A DNA stretch of 60,237 nt, filler included, from Sphacelaria rigidula (taxonomy: Eukaryota), in NCBI GenBank assembly GCA_964200075.2. It is 8 parts of 8 records of this genome, joined end to end, with 100 filler letters (N's around TTAATTAATTAA, not from the genome) between each part and the next. Parts side by side here need not be neighbours in the genome. Positions count along the whole stretch, not along the records: positions 1 to 7,443 come from CAXNAA020014895.1; positions 7,544 to 14,986 come from CAXNAA020014896.1; 6 more parts are not named here. One strand, written 5' to 3'. This document shows positions 1 to 12,391 of this stretch, one piece after another. The position numbers and the translations under genes are program-made. A model generated the notes under the pieces. That model was not told the DNA's origin and ran no database searches. It saw only the letters and a program-made list of their open reading frames with translations. Each line of letters begins with the position of its first letter. The stretch's first letter is position 1.

Positions 1-667
1 ATTTCTCCCTCTAGCACGTCCCGTTCCTCCTTGTATAGTTCACATTTTGCCACTATATCACTTCTGCCTTCTATTGCTTTGCCACAGGAGCAATTCTGTC
101 GATCTACTTCCTCCTCCTGTCGACGACTGGTATATCTGTTCTTTCTGGCAGGTCTAGGTCCCCCACCCGAAATCGTAGTTTCATATTTTTCGCTGCGTCC
201 ATTGGACCATGCATTCACGTTTCCATCCCTATGCTCTTTCTCAACCCTCCGTATACTTTCGGGTGTTCTTCCTCATCTACTTTGCGTCTGAGCGCTCCTT
301 TTCCCCTCACTTCTATCATGTCTCTTACTCTTGTCTTATACCCCGTGCTTTCATCTATGAACAGTATTTCGCCTTGGTTACCTTCTATCTCCTTCCGTAC
401 TTTCTCGACTTCTCTCTCCCACCTTATTCCAGCCCGCCCTTTCATTACTTTCTTCCACACAGCCCTATCAGCTATAGCTGGCAATCTCTTTCCCTGCATG
501 TTCCTCACGCTATATTGCCACTTCAAGCTTTTTATGTCACTGTTTCAACTGGGTACATTCCCAGCTCTGCTCCCAAACCTGTATTACTAGTCGTTTTCGA
601 GCATCCGAGTATCTTCTTAGCTGCTGCCATCCGTACTGTTTCCAACTTCTCCAGGTTTCCCCCAAAT

Positions 668-1053
668 GCTCTTCTTGTTTCTTTGTCAAATGTTCCGCAC
701 GAACAAGTCAGTCGAATTACTTCATCACCGCCGCTTCGTACGTTCACTGACACCCTTTACAATCTTAACCGTTCGGATAATCTCCGGTGTCATCCTCTGT
801 GACAGGCCTGTCGATGTCTGGGTGACCTCTGGGGCGGACACCATCGTTATTATCTCGCACGTCTGGTCGAGATTGATGTCCAACGCTGCTACTGGCGCCC
901 CCTCCGTCACGTGTACTCGAGGGACGCACCATGATCAATGCATTTTGTGAAAGACGGATTGTCAAGGGTGGCAGTGAACGTACGAAGCGGCGGTGATAAA
1001 GTAATTCAACTGACTTGTCCGTGCGGACGATCGACGAAGTAACAAGAAGAACC
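668..1053. mobile_element. MITE with ~95-bp terminal inverted repeats inserted in the LINE
   Basis: ccgcacgaacaagtcagtcgaattacttcatcaccgccgcttcgtacgttcactg (695-749) is mirrored by cagtgaacgtacgaagcggcggtgataaagtaattcaactgacttgtccgtgcgg (972-1026). LINE sequence resumes on both sides. Confidence 0.85.
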
Positions 1054-2166
1054 AACTTCACGTTCGCCCTCCAATACTTCCCCTGCATATTCCAGATTTG
1101 GTACAATCACGCTCATCAGGATACATCTCTCAATTATAGTATTTATAATAAGTGCGAGTCTCTGAGGATCGCGCCCATCCTGCCTATCGGTGCCTTTCCC
1201 GTTTCTATTACTTTGTTGGTGTGTGCATCCCAAGGACCACTTTTTTTAAGATCTACGCCAAGGTATGTATACTGGCTAAGATCGGCAGTTCCTCTTTTCC
1301 CCACTTCCATTTGAACTCTACCAGATGTTCTTCATCTTCCTTACATACGAGTACCGCGCGCTTGTTGACGTTCGCTGTCACTCCATTTCCTAGTGTTTTC
1401 TGGCTCCCTTTCTATTTGTTTCTGCAATCCTTCTGGTGCTTCTGATATCCCCACAAACCATCCGCGAACATCAATCCTGATACAATATCCCCACCCACCT
1501 TGACTCGTTACTTCGCTGCTTCTATTGCTATTATCAGGTCATTTACGAATACCTTGAACAAAGTGGGTGATGACGTACATACACCCTTGTGCAACTCCTT
1601 TGAAAATATCTAAATATTTCGATATTTCCCCGTCCAGCATCATAGCACTTTTGGCACATTCTTTCATCTTCTTCACTATTCTCTACATCTTTCCTCTGAT
1701 CCCAGTTTCCCACAATTTCTTCCACGACCCATTTCTCCATACTGTGTCATAAGCCGTCTTTTACGTCGAGAACGAAACAGTACGTTGTCCGCCCGGTGTC
1801 TTTCCTACTCTGAACAATCTTACCTGTAGTGTACACATGATCTACGCAACTACGGTTTGGTCTAAATCCTGCTCGTCCCTTGCTGATTTTTTCTTTGTTT
1901 TCTAGCATCGTTCCTACTCTATCGTTCAGAATCTTACAGAATGTTTTCTCTGCGGTGCTCAGTAGCGTTATCCCTCTGTAATTTCCTGGGTCAGCCTTGT
2001 CTTCTTTGTTGAAAAGGTTGACTACTACTCCTTCTCTCCACCTCTTGGGGAGTGCACTCGTTTTCCCATATTCCATTATACAGCATAACCATAATGGCAA
2101 ATCATGCCCTCTCCCCCGTACTTTGGAAATTCGTTTGCTATTTCGTCTGTTCCTACTGCCTTTCTG

Positions 2167-2220
2167 AGAAAGGGATGGTCAAATGACTAAGGCAAGCAAC
2201 GAATGAGTACGCCCCCCCCC
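2167..2220 (+). mobile_element. Poly(C)-tailed micro-retroposon, truncated copy with 15-bp TSD
   Basis: agaaagggatggtcaaatgactaaggcaagcaacgaatgagtacg followed by a C-run, flanked by a perfect direct repeat cctactgcctttctg (2152-2166 and 2221-2235). Confidence 0.85.
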
Positions 2221-4548
2221 CCTACTGCCTTTCTGTTCTTGAGTTCAGCTACACACTCCCTGACTTCATCTCTGGTAAACTCTCTCTGCAGCTCTTTCGA
2301 GCCACTATCCTCCCATTTTGATGCCTCTACATTGGCCTCTGCCCACGCGTTGATTTAGTTTTTGGAATCCGTGTCGAACTTCGTGTTAGTCTTTGGTGTT
2401 CCTAGTTTACGGTAGTGCTCTATTAGCGCTTCTCTCTTCCTCTTCGAACTACTGACCATTTTACCGTTCTGTGCCCGTAATGTGGCTTTCTCCTTGTCTA
2501 TCTTTCCTGCCAGGTTTCCCACCACCACTTTTATCCCTACCGACATTTTTCCTTCCCGCCATCGAAATCTTCGTTTGTTTTGTTTACTACATCTTCCCGT
2601 ACTCCCTTCTCCTTACCTTTTATACTTGTGTACATGTGCTGCTATCTCTCCAAACCTCTACTGTATATCGTTCACCCTACTCTTCGATCCTGGGGGTATA
2701 TAGACGTTCCTTACGAAGAAGTCCTTCCTTCCAGGCTCTCCTGGCACCCTGATCCATGTGCTCTCGTCGAATTTCGTGTCTTCGATCACTTCTGTAATTC
2801 CACACAGATATTCCTTGACTGAGAATCCTACTCCCCCCGCTCCCATGCTCTTGGGGTTCTATCCCTTCCGCCACTTCCGTATCCATGCGTACTCTTCAAC
2901 GTTGCATCCTATTTCCGCCCTCTCTTTCTCCCATGATTATTTGATTCCCACTATGTCTAGGTCGCCTTTACTCACTTGTTGGGCTATCTCTATCCATTTG
3001 CGCTTGTCTGTGGCGAATCCACACACGCTCCACGATCCTATTCTCAACTTCCTTTCCGGATCGTTCCACTCTTCTTTTGTCTACTGCTCTCTCTCCGCCG
3101 CTTTTACTTTTACTTTCCCTCGCTTGGTTGTTCTTCCCGTTTCCGGTTTGGTCTTTGACTATTTACCTGGGGCCGCTATGTCCCCTCCCCTTGCCCTTCT
3201 GGGCATTTGTTCCTGCTTCTCTTTCCCTCCGTTTACCCGTGGACTACGTTCTAGATTTGGTGTTCCATTAGCTATCCATGCCCCCCATCCTACCCTTCTT
3301 ACCCATGCCGACACCTTACTTGTCTCTGTCCTTTCTCACTCCTTGTTCGCGTTCTGTTTTAGCGTGACTCGAAAGTGTTCTCCCTGCCCTTCTGCTTTTC
3401 CTCCTGCCAAACAGTATGGTCCTGCTTCATTGCATTCCTTTTTTAATTCTATCCTCGTCATATCGCTACATACTCCGAACGCCAGCACTACTCGTACTTT
3501 TCCATCCACTCTTTACTTCTCCATCCGCCCTTCCTTACCGTCTCTCTTTCGATCTCTTTTGAGGGAATCTCCAGCTTCTTCGTTTCAAGGCTTGTGGTGG
3601 GATACAGTCAAGGCACTGGGATATCCCAATCCTAGTACTCGTTGGGGGTCTGGCTCCTTTCAGCTCTTTTTCTGGCTCCTTTCAGTTCTTTTTCTGGCTC
3701 ACCGACACTACATAATGCCTCCAACATGGGCTCGTAGCCTGAAGCCAAGTTTAACACGTTTGACACAAGCACCCCACGTTTGTGCCAGGCGATCTTCATG
3801 GTGAACCATCCAGGTGTCCCACGATCGTATCTTCTATCTTCTTGCCCCGATACTGTACTGGTTACTTTCCTCCAGGAAGGTCATTTTCACCGTGTAAGGT
3901 TCAAGGACGGCTTGGATAACACAAGGTCTTACTCACATCGGGATGTCCCATACATTACTTCTTCCCACTCCGGGTACGGTTCACCATGGGTCGCTACTCC
4001 ACTGATGCTTCCAAGTAGAACTTCGCTGCCGAAAGCTTGGCCAACGATTCCCCCACACCTTATACCAGCTTCTATCCTTCAAGATCTCCAGAAGTCTACG
4101 TACCGCTTGGTGCTCCTTCTCGTGGGTCATATGGTCGGTCGTTGGTAAGGTGTTTGTTTCACGAGTGCAGCAGGTCTTGACATTCATGCCATGCATTGTC
4201 CACCCCTTCCGTTCATTAGACGCCTTTTGCACCTAATGTCGGAAATTTCAGGGAAAAGTCTGACCAGACTTCCACCGCCTAATGGAAACCGGTAAGGTTT
4301 TACGGTTATCCCACCACGAGACGCCAACCTCCATGTGAATTGACATGTCGGGGGTGATGACCCTATTCTATCCGTACGGGTTATATCTGCTGTACTTTTT
4401 ATTTGCATGTAAGCTGGTCAATCTTCACGCTATTACTTACACGTCTAGGTTTTGTTTTTATTTTCCTCTTATCTTCGCTATGATATGGGGGAAGTATCGC
4501 CGTTGTTTTCTGTTTTGACATGGAAAAATAGAACTGTTTTCCCTCGGT

Positions 4549-5143
4549 ATTTCACGTCTTTGTCCGTGCTGTGTTATGGTAGGTTAAAGAAAAGGCATGG
4601 TTAGCTCATTTCTTTCATGTCAATGTCCGGGCTGTGTTATGGTGGGTCAAAGGAAAATGATGGTTGCCTTTTTTGTTCCATGTCTACGTCCGGGCTGTGT
4701 TATGATGGGTTGAAGAGAAAGGACGGTTAGCTTCTGTATTTCATGTCCATGTCTAGGCTGTGTTATGGTAGGTTAAAGAAAATGGATGGCTAGCCTTTTC
4801 ATTTCATGTCTTTGTCCGGGCTGTTATGGTCGGTTAAGGAAAAAGGATGGTTAGCCTCTCTATTTCATGTCTTCGTCCGGGCTGTGTTATGGTAAGCTAA
4901 ATAAAAGGGTGGTTAGCTTACTTATTTCATGTCTATGTCCAGGCTGTGTTATGGTAGGTTGAAAAAAAGGATGGGTAGCTTCGTCATTCCATGTCTATAT
5001 CCGGGCTGTGTTATGGTAGTTTGAAGAACACGGATGGTTAGCTTATTTATATCATGTCTATGTCCGGGCTGCGTTATGGTAGGTTAAAGAAAAATAATGG
5101 TCCGCTTTTTATGTCATGTCTATGTCCGGGCTGTGTCATGGTA
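4549..5143. repeat. Minisatellite, ~62-bp unit, about 10 copies
   Basis: Unit approximately tttcatgtctatgtccgggctgtgttatggtaggttaaagaaaaggatggttagcttattta, repeated head to tail with scattered substitutions. Confidence 0.95.
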
Positions 5144-5834
5144 GCGGAGTACCAAAGAAAGCAGAACAAGAAAACGAAATGCAGAGAAGGATAAAAGAGA
5201 AAAAGGAGAAGAAGAAAAGAGGAAGGGAAGAAAACGCAGAGAATAAGGAAAAGGAAGGAGTAAAATTAAAAAAAAAGAAGGGGAAGAAAAAAAGAAGAAA
5301 TTGCCAGCTTTGTTATATCATGTCTATACCCATCTCGTGTTTTTCTGGAGGAAGCAAAACTGGTTGTTCAGGTCGTTGCACGTCTAGTGCGTCTGTCGGT
5401 CCGGGACTTTCTTTTGTCTACTAACGGTTTTAGTACAGATGCGGTGACAGTCTGTGCGTTTCATGTCTAGGTTCTGGTGGCTTTTTTTACTGCGCCGTTG
5501 CAACTCGACGCGAACCCAAGAGTCTAGAGGTGAGGGGGCGGTGAAGAGGGGAAGGGGTGTAGGAAGAAATTTGGTCACCAATCCAGTTATTTGTGTGCCG
5601 AATATGGCTCCTGTAGCTAGTGAAGCGAAGCTGCTTGCGGAGGAAGCCTTCACATTGCTGCTTCATGGTAACTTCTTGCCAATGCCTATTCCCCCCCCTC
5701 CCCAGTAAGGCCTAAAAGGGACGGGGATTCAGTACCTGAGAGATATCCTATTCTCCCTTTCCGCACCACTTCATTCTTTCTCGATGCAATCATGCACTCA
5801 CCATCATACTTCTGCTACAATACATTTCTTTCTA

Positions 5835-5858
5835 CCACCACTACAATACTGCTGCTTC

Positions 5859-5889
<31 letters not shown>

Positions 5890-5920
5890 GCTACTACTGC
5901 TCCTCCTCCTCCTCCTCCTC

Positions 5921-5968
<48 letters not shown>

Positions 5969-5985
5969 ATGCTGCTGCTACTAGT
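5835..5985. repeat. Compound trinucleotide microsatellite (CTG/CTC/CTA)
   Basis: Directly visible runs just upstream of the GUF1 exon. Confidence 0.95.
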
Positions 5986-6110
5986 ACTCATCCTATTCAC
6001 TTTGAATCAATTTAATGCTTTTTTTGCGTCGTTGATATTTTTTGTTGATCACAATGGCTTTCGCAACACTTCCCGCCACTCATCTATATGGGTTGAATGA
6101 TGACTCTCAG

Positions 6111-6250
6111 ATGACGGAGATTTCGAAGGGCTGATGAGAGCGGTGGAACGATTAGCACTGAACGATGCGGCGCTAAAGTGGGTCAAAGAGCAGAGTCCAG
6201 CCCTTGGCATGGGGCTGCGCATGGGCTTCCTCGGAGTGCTTCACATGGAG
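6111..6250 (+). CDS. GUF1: Internal exon of translation factor GUF1/LepA (EF4)
   Basis: cag|...|gt boundaries. Encodes DGDFEGLMRAVERLALNDAALKWVKEQSPALGMGLRMGFLGVLHME, matching the LepA signature LxLND...E.S.ALG.G.R.GFLG.LHME. Not present in the supplied ORF track. Confidence 0.93.
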
Positions 6251-7269
6251 GTATTTTCGATGCACGTATGACAGAAGACAACATGCCTGTGGTCATTGGA
6301 CACCTGAAAATATGACGGAGGTGTTTACACCATGTAACAGCCGAACACTACAGTAGCAGCAACAATGAGTTGGCCAGGAGAGGCGATCGAATAAGGTTAC
6401 ATACATGACAGGACGGATATTCTAAAAAAATGATGATGGATGCATGAGAAAAAAAAAAGCAACACCACCGACACCAAATCATGGACCATGAGCAAAAAGT
6501 GTAGTCCATGAACGTATGCGTGAGGAAATGATGTGAAAGCTTTTTGTTTACTTGTCTGTTTTACCGTCACTCTTTCAACTTCTTCCCTTCCTCGGGATGA
6601 GTCTTTCGTCTCAAGGAATAAATCAACCCATCTTTCCGTCAATTGTAGAAATGAAGCATAAACTATATATAAAGAGCCAACACCATTTTTTTGTTTGTCG
6701 AAATTGAATCAACGGAAGGTGTTTAACAATGGAGAAGGGGTACGAATCATGGCAAGTTTAACGCCGCAACACAGTACTCGTACCGCCTAGCTATTTTTTG
6801 CTTTATTCGCGGCTTAACTTGAAAATCGATTTTGTTGCGTTTACTCCCTTCGTCAGTCCTCGGGACACCACGGTATGCATGAATGCATGAAAATATATTT
6901 TAACATGTAGTTTTGAGGCTGTAGGCATGGTGGGGATGGTGTGGGGATGGTGTGCCTCTGTGGACTTCACAATGTTTTCGTGTGTCTAGGGTGTGCCTTG
7001 TGGCATTGTTCTGCCACATGTTACCCTTCCTGGTGCTCTTGGCTCAAAGGCGGCTATGCGTGCATGTCGACCCGTTCATGTCGTCTTGGCAATTGAGGTA
7101 TTCTGTGGACAACGGTGAAATGATGGCCATATGCCGATGACCATAGACGATGCCGAGGCGATGGTAGACGACAAACGGTGACTGATTACTGATGCTGCTG
7201 CTGCTGCTGCTGCTGCTAATGATGATGACAATCATGGCGAATGATAATGGATGATGACTGAATGATCAG

Positions 7270-7340
7270 GTCTTCCACCAGCGGCTGGTGGACGAGTACG
7301 ACACGCCCGTCCTTCTCACAACTCCGACTGTCCCCTCCAT
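7270..7340 (+). CDS. GUF1: Next GUF1/LepA exon
   Basis: cag|GTC...AT|gtgagt. Encodes VFHQRLVDEYDTPVLLTTPTVPS, the in-phase continuation of the LepA motif (..F.QRL..EY.....T.PTV). Confidence 0.9.
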
Positions 7341-7443
7341 GTGAGTATGCGGCTACGCTACATACATAGCTTACGGTGCTCCCCTCCCCCCCCCCCACTC
7401 GCCCCATATGGTTAGACACCCATGAGGCAGTGTATAAGCCGTG

Positions 7444-7543
7444 NNNNNNNNNNNNNNNNNNNNNNNNNNNNNNNNNNNNNNNNNNNNTTAATTAATTAAN
7501 NNNNNNNNNNNNNNNNNNNNNNNNNNNNNNNNNNNNNNNNNNN
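7444..7543. other. Artificial contig linker
   Basis: 44 N + TTAATTAATTAA (stop codons in all six frames) + 44 N. Confidence 0.98.
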
Positions 7544-7605
7544 CGAACTCCATAACTCAACCATCAGAAGGTTACGAGGTTACCAACTGAGCCACCGGGG
7601 CGACC
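7544..7605 (-). mobile_element. tRNA-derived SINE head (partial, at contig edge)
   Basis: Reverse complement ggtcgccccggtggctcagttggtaacc...gagttcg matches the SINE at 20124. Confidence 0.8.
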
Positions 7606-7627
7606 GACTGCTAGTATGCGGGTAGCA

Positions 7628-10250
7628 ATTGAACTGTAGAGGGTCGATTTTGGAAGATTTGCTATGACTCTCGATTGTTACGAGACACCGCCCACTGTGA
7701 ATGACGATGCAATGCCGGAGATTGTGGCAAGCTCTGTTCATCCATGGGTGATGAAGGCGGCGTTAGTCAGCGTAGAGGCAGGAGGTTTGTTGAGCCCGAC
7801 CCGGCCCCAAAATGATGTAGATGAGCGTGTGAGTACGCTCGCAGCTGGCCTCACGACGAGGCGAATGTACCGGAGGATTGGGGAGCCGCGGTGACCCGTA
7901 CGTCGGCTCGAGATTCCGGTTGGGACTCTGAACAAGAGGTCTGTAGGGAGGAGGTTTCGGCCGGGGAGCCATAGTCGCAGGGTGCAAGAGCGATCTTGCC
8001 GGATAAGCCGAGACTAGCGGAGGTCCAGGAACGAGCGTCACGGCTTGGGCCCATCAGAGATACGCTACGGCGGAAAGACCAACATGAGAAGAGTAGTCAG
8101 GGGCAGGGCAGGAAGCGTATATGCTGGATGATGACAACCTATTGCGGTATATATCTCCTAGAGCACCAGCTAAATTGGATGTTCCATGCAGCCCGGTGCC
8201 TGGCTTGCTGGAATCAGTGCACACAACGTACGGGTATGCCGGGGTGATGAGGACAACTGCAGTAGTCTCGGCTTATCCAGCAAGATCGCTCTTGCTTGAT
8301 CGAGAACTGTGGGGGGCTTACTGGCATCCTGCGACTATGGCTCCCCGGCCGAAACCTTCTCCCTGCAGACCTCTTGATCAGAGTCCCGACCGGAATCTCG
8401 AGCCGACGAACGGGTCCCCAATCCTCCGGTCCATTCCCCTCGTCGTGAGGCCACAGCGCTGCGAGCGTACTCACACGCTCATCTACATTATTTCGGGGCC
8501 GGGTCAGGCTCAACAAACCTTCTGCCTCTAAGCTGACTAACGCCGCCTTCATCACCCACGGATGAACAGAGCTCGCCCACAATCTCCGGCATTGCATCGT
8601 TTTTCACAGTGGGCGGTGTCTCGTAACAGTCGAGAGTCGTAACAACTCTTCCAAAATCGACCCTCTCTAGTTCAATTACTTCTTCCCATCCCCCTGCGCC
8701 AGCTTTCTTAGGCGTTAATTCCTCGCGCTTTGGTGTCTCTCTTGTCAGTCGAGATCGAGACAATGTGGGCATCGGTTCCTCAAATGCGTGAATCGATCTA
8801 CCTTTATCCCATCGGCGCTAAATAGTTGGCCCCTGTCCGGCCTAACAGCTGTCTCAATGTGGGGCAGGCAACTGCGTACGCTTTATGACGTCACCTCCAC
8901 GCTCGCAGTTGCACCCTGCCGTCCGCAATTAGCTTCACGGCGACTACATAAATCCGTCTCTTCCGGTATAGTGTGCTCACCTTTGCGGCTGAGACGGAGA
9001 CCTGCTCTGTGAGACAACCAGCTCCGCTCAACAACAAAACAACGAGTTCCTTCCGGCTGGACGAGTGCACCATCGCAGCCGTACCCTCCGCCGCTAACGT
9101 TGCCATATAAGTCGAAAAGAGGAATAACTCCACTAACTCCTTGGTGGCAATGACTGATCCCGACTCTTGAACAGTTCGATTGATTGACATAATCCGACTC
9201 GCATCCCCTACAAGTACCTCTGAACAGCGGATCCTAATTTTTGGGGTTAATCTCTAAATTGAGGTTCAAGTGGCATATCTTTTTTTGCAGGGATGACGCG
9301 AAACAGTTACGCGGAGCGAAACCATATTTCCCCCAAAATGTCTACAGCAGTAAAGCAGTTGTGGCTAGGTGCACCGAACGAATGCGGTGTACACGCGCGT
9401 CGATGACGATATCACCAGAGAGAGAAGCAACGACAGAGAGGAAGCTCTTCGCCCGTGTCCTTAGTGTGTCCTCGCCCGGTGGTTACCAATCGCTCGAGAG
9501 ACTGGCATCATGCATGTTGCCAGCATATACCGAATTTCTCATGTGCCGGTAGCTATGTTATACTTGCTGCACAGCCCCTTAAAGAACGCTGAGGTGCGGA
9601 AGGATCTCGTCTCTTCTTGTCTGTGGAGCTCACCAATGCAAAGATCGATTTCTCTCTGCCTCTCTTTTCGGACAGGACGCCCCTCTGTGCGCTGCAGAAC
9701 ACGTCGTTGAAAAGCAGGTCGATGTTCCCGTCACCGCTACTGTTGTCTGTCACACACATGCCAGCAAGGACGGTGCTGCGGCAATAACAGATCCAATTTG
9801 AACTTGGGGGGTGTTATTCATAGTTGATTTTACCCGACATGTGACCCTCTGGGTGCGCGACGAGAAGAGCGTGCCACACGCCAGTTGGGGGGGTGTATGA
9901 GAGATCAAACACTCGTGGAGACCTTCTTGATATGCGAAGTACCTATGGTGGTGACCCAACTGTTGCTAGCGTGGCGCATAGGAGTGCGTCCATGCTGCAA
10001 TCTGGAGCACACACTGGCTGCGTGAACACCTTGATACAGTAGCTTCCCAGAATCAATCCCGATGTGAAGAGGTCATGCACTATAAGCCGGGACGAGATAT
10101 CCACGAGGAACAAGAGTGCTCTATGATCAACCGCTTGTCGTTACATTTGACACCCACGCCATCAACCGCCGATCGCAACGGTCTTGTGGCTTCCAAGCAA
10201 CGCTGTCGGCAGTACGGCAGGCAAACCCGATCATATCTAGCTGTCGTTGC
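7628..10250. mobile_element. Rearranged Ty3/gypsy pol remnants
   Basis: Integrase zinc-binding-like LLESVHTTYGYAGVMRTT (+, ~8200-8257); RNase H-like GAGCLTEQ and LRAWR (-, 8891-9040); 7628-8018 is duplicated in inverted orientation at 8263-8677. Outer boundary approximate. Confidence 0.7.
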
Positions 10251-10836
10251 TCTACTGTACTGACTGTCGTCTGCACAGAGGTCACCGTAACAACATGCAC
10301 GGAAATTTACAACAGTCGGCTGTAAAAACTAAACAGTTCGATTTTCTCAACTACTTCCACACAATTCAAAGGATTCTCAAGACCTGAGGGAGGGTTTTCG
10401 CTTTGGGTCCGGTCAAACATGCGAAGATACCGTCGAACACCAATACCAAACTTTGCTGGGATTGGCATGAGGCAGTCTGTGGAGAACTGAACAAAAATCG
10501 ACACGTTAATGTTCTTGTTAGAAAACAATGCGCGTGAAACGGTTTGCAGGTGGGAAAATGCGGATTTTCATGGAGAAAAAACTCTCTGTACCCCCGTCAG
10601 TGTTACATGCGCTTGCACAAACTCTGTCCTCGTTCTTGAATACGTTGCGGGGGGACGGGCAAGCCACCGTTCCTCAGGTCTTGAGAGTCCTTTGAATTGT
10701 GTGGAAGTAGTTGAGAAAATCCAAGTGTTTAGTTTTTATTACCAACCGTTATAAATTTCCGTATATCTTGTTACGGTGACCTCTGTGCAGACGACAGTCA
10801 GTACAGTAGAGCAATGGTAGCTAGCTATGATCGGGT
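10226..10836. mobile_element. Foldback/MITE-like element with ~165-bp inverted arms
   Basis: 10226-10389 (...ctactgtactgactgtcgtctgcacagaggtcaccgtaac...ctcaagacctgagg) is the reverse complement of 10672-10836. Confidence 0.85.
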
Positions 10837-12391
10837 CAGTACAGTAGAGCAACGACAGTTAGCCAGGGCGCGTTCCGTGTCCTAGGTAGTATGCAGTCCC
10901 CTGGGGACTGCCGCCCGAGGGCTCACCTTCATTCCGAATCGTCAGCCTCGGTGCTTGACCTCTTACCAGATTGGGTTGAAGTCGATCTCTCCGTAGCGCG
11001 TGTAGCCGACCGAACTCGCTTACAAGATTTTTGTCAACCATGCAGATGAATTACGTACTGGTTGCAGTGGGGCCTCCGCCCTCTTTTCTGGACAGTGTGT
11101 TACGGTGCACAGTGTGTCACTCGGGGCGTCAAATCGGCACCTGCCCGCGACGCCAATTTGGGCCGAATCGCGTGCTGCGGACGTCGGGCGAGCCCTCGAG
11201 GAATGTGAGCCTCGGAAATAATATCCGAATATGATAATCCACACTGATTCCAAATATGTTTCAACTATGGATATCACGATGCCGGGTTCGCACGAGATCT
11301 GGTGCGCATTGCCGGAACATCTTGTCCACCGAAAGATCTCGAGGGGATGATTTCCAATGACACATCATATTTCGGTGGCAAGACTACCACATCAGTTCAC
11401 GCACAAGTCAGTTTTTGGAGTTCATGTCGTCGTTGTCTCCTCCACTTATTTTTCCATTATCGTTTTTGTTTTGTTTTTCTGCACCGTATATATATATATA
11501 TATATATTGCAGCTACGATGGTGCCACATATATACGTGTGTATAAATATATATATATATATATATCAGTTACGATGGTGACGAAAGCGGGTTGTTGCACT
11601 GCAGAATTTATACGCAGCACGTGCTTTGAGCGAGCTCTATTTTTTGACACGATCATTCGGAGTAGTATTCGAAGGCGCTGTCTTATCCGTACGTGGTCTT
11701 TAGACCGATCACCCAGGGCATGGATCTGCGCACTCACAAATCCGAAGAGTCCAGCCCTCTTTTTTTTCCCGACATATTTCTACCCGCCATCCATCCCCCT
11801 TCCTCACAACGAGTCCGCCGTCTGAAAGGATTAGCATTCCTCTCTCCCCCGGTGGTACGAGCTGGGCCAGCCAACAATGGATAGTTTCCTCGCTCAGGCG
11901 ACGCACGTCGTAAAATTAGGAGTTGGACGCTGAAATTTTGACAGCAGCTTATTATGATCGACATGTAGACAATGACGAGAGCAGCAAAGAAAAAAAAACA
12001 GTGTTGTTCCTTTTCGATAATATGGAGGGATTAGGGCACGAGACGAGTAACTTCCAGTAGATACTGTCATATTCCGAAGGTTTCAATTATCTGAGACCAA
12101 GGCTTGAGATCATCACGGAAAGAGGGGCGGGCACTTCCACCATCAAGAGCTCGCCTCACGGGCGGTCTGCGGACGTGAAGAACGCTGCATCGCTTGCGAG
12201 TTATGTAACAGCATAGATTGCAAGCGATTTCTACTGGGAAAACGTGCCGGCACGGTAGTGCACGACGAAGTTCGTGAAGGGTTATGTACATGCGGGCCCC
12301 ACACCGTCTGCACTGGTCTGAACACAGGTGATACAGTACAGCACATCATATACTGCGGGCCCCCTGCGTTATAGACTGTGCACCACCCGCA

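Larger units (their letters stand above)
1..3760 (-). mobile_element. Degenerate non-LTR retrotransposon (LINE; APE endonuclease + reverse transcriptase)
   Basis: Minus-strand fragments: endonuclease-like GGVGFSVKEY...FFVRNVYIPP (2658-2846); RT N-terminal WREGVVVNLFNKEDKADPGNYRGITLLS...AGFRPNRSCVDH (1747-2100); QGCTYVIT and MFADG-like motifs further downstream; C-terminal AELGMYP and YGGLRKSIGM. Many stops and frameshifts. Confidence 0.9.

Noticed and set aside
2758-3804. 348-aa plus-strand ORF
   Set aside because: Antisense shadow of the purine-rich LINE coding strand; Ser/Leu/Phe/Pro-rich with no recognisable domain.
4549-5143. CRISPR-like appearance
   Set aside because: The variable parts are homologous to each other rather than unique spacers, there are no cas genes, and the context is eukaryotic.
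5784-6100. Poly-Leu, poly-Tyr and poly-Ser ORFs
   Set aside because: Translations of a trinucleotide microsatellite.
7488-7499. Recurring TTAATTAATTAA palindrome
   Set aside because: Synthetic six-frame stop linker inside N padding, not biological.
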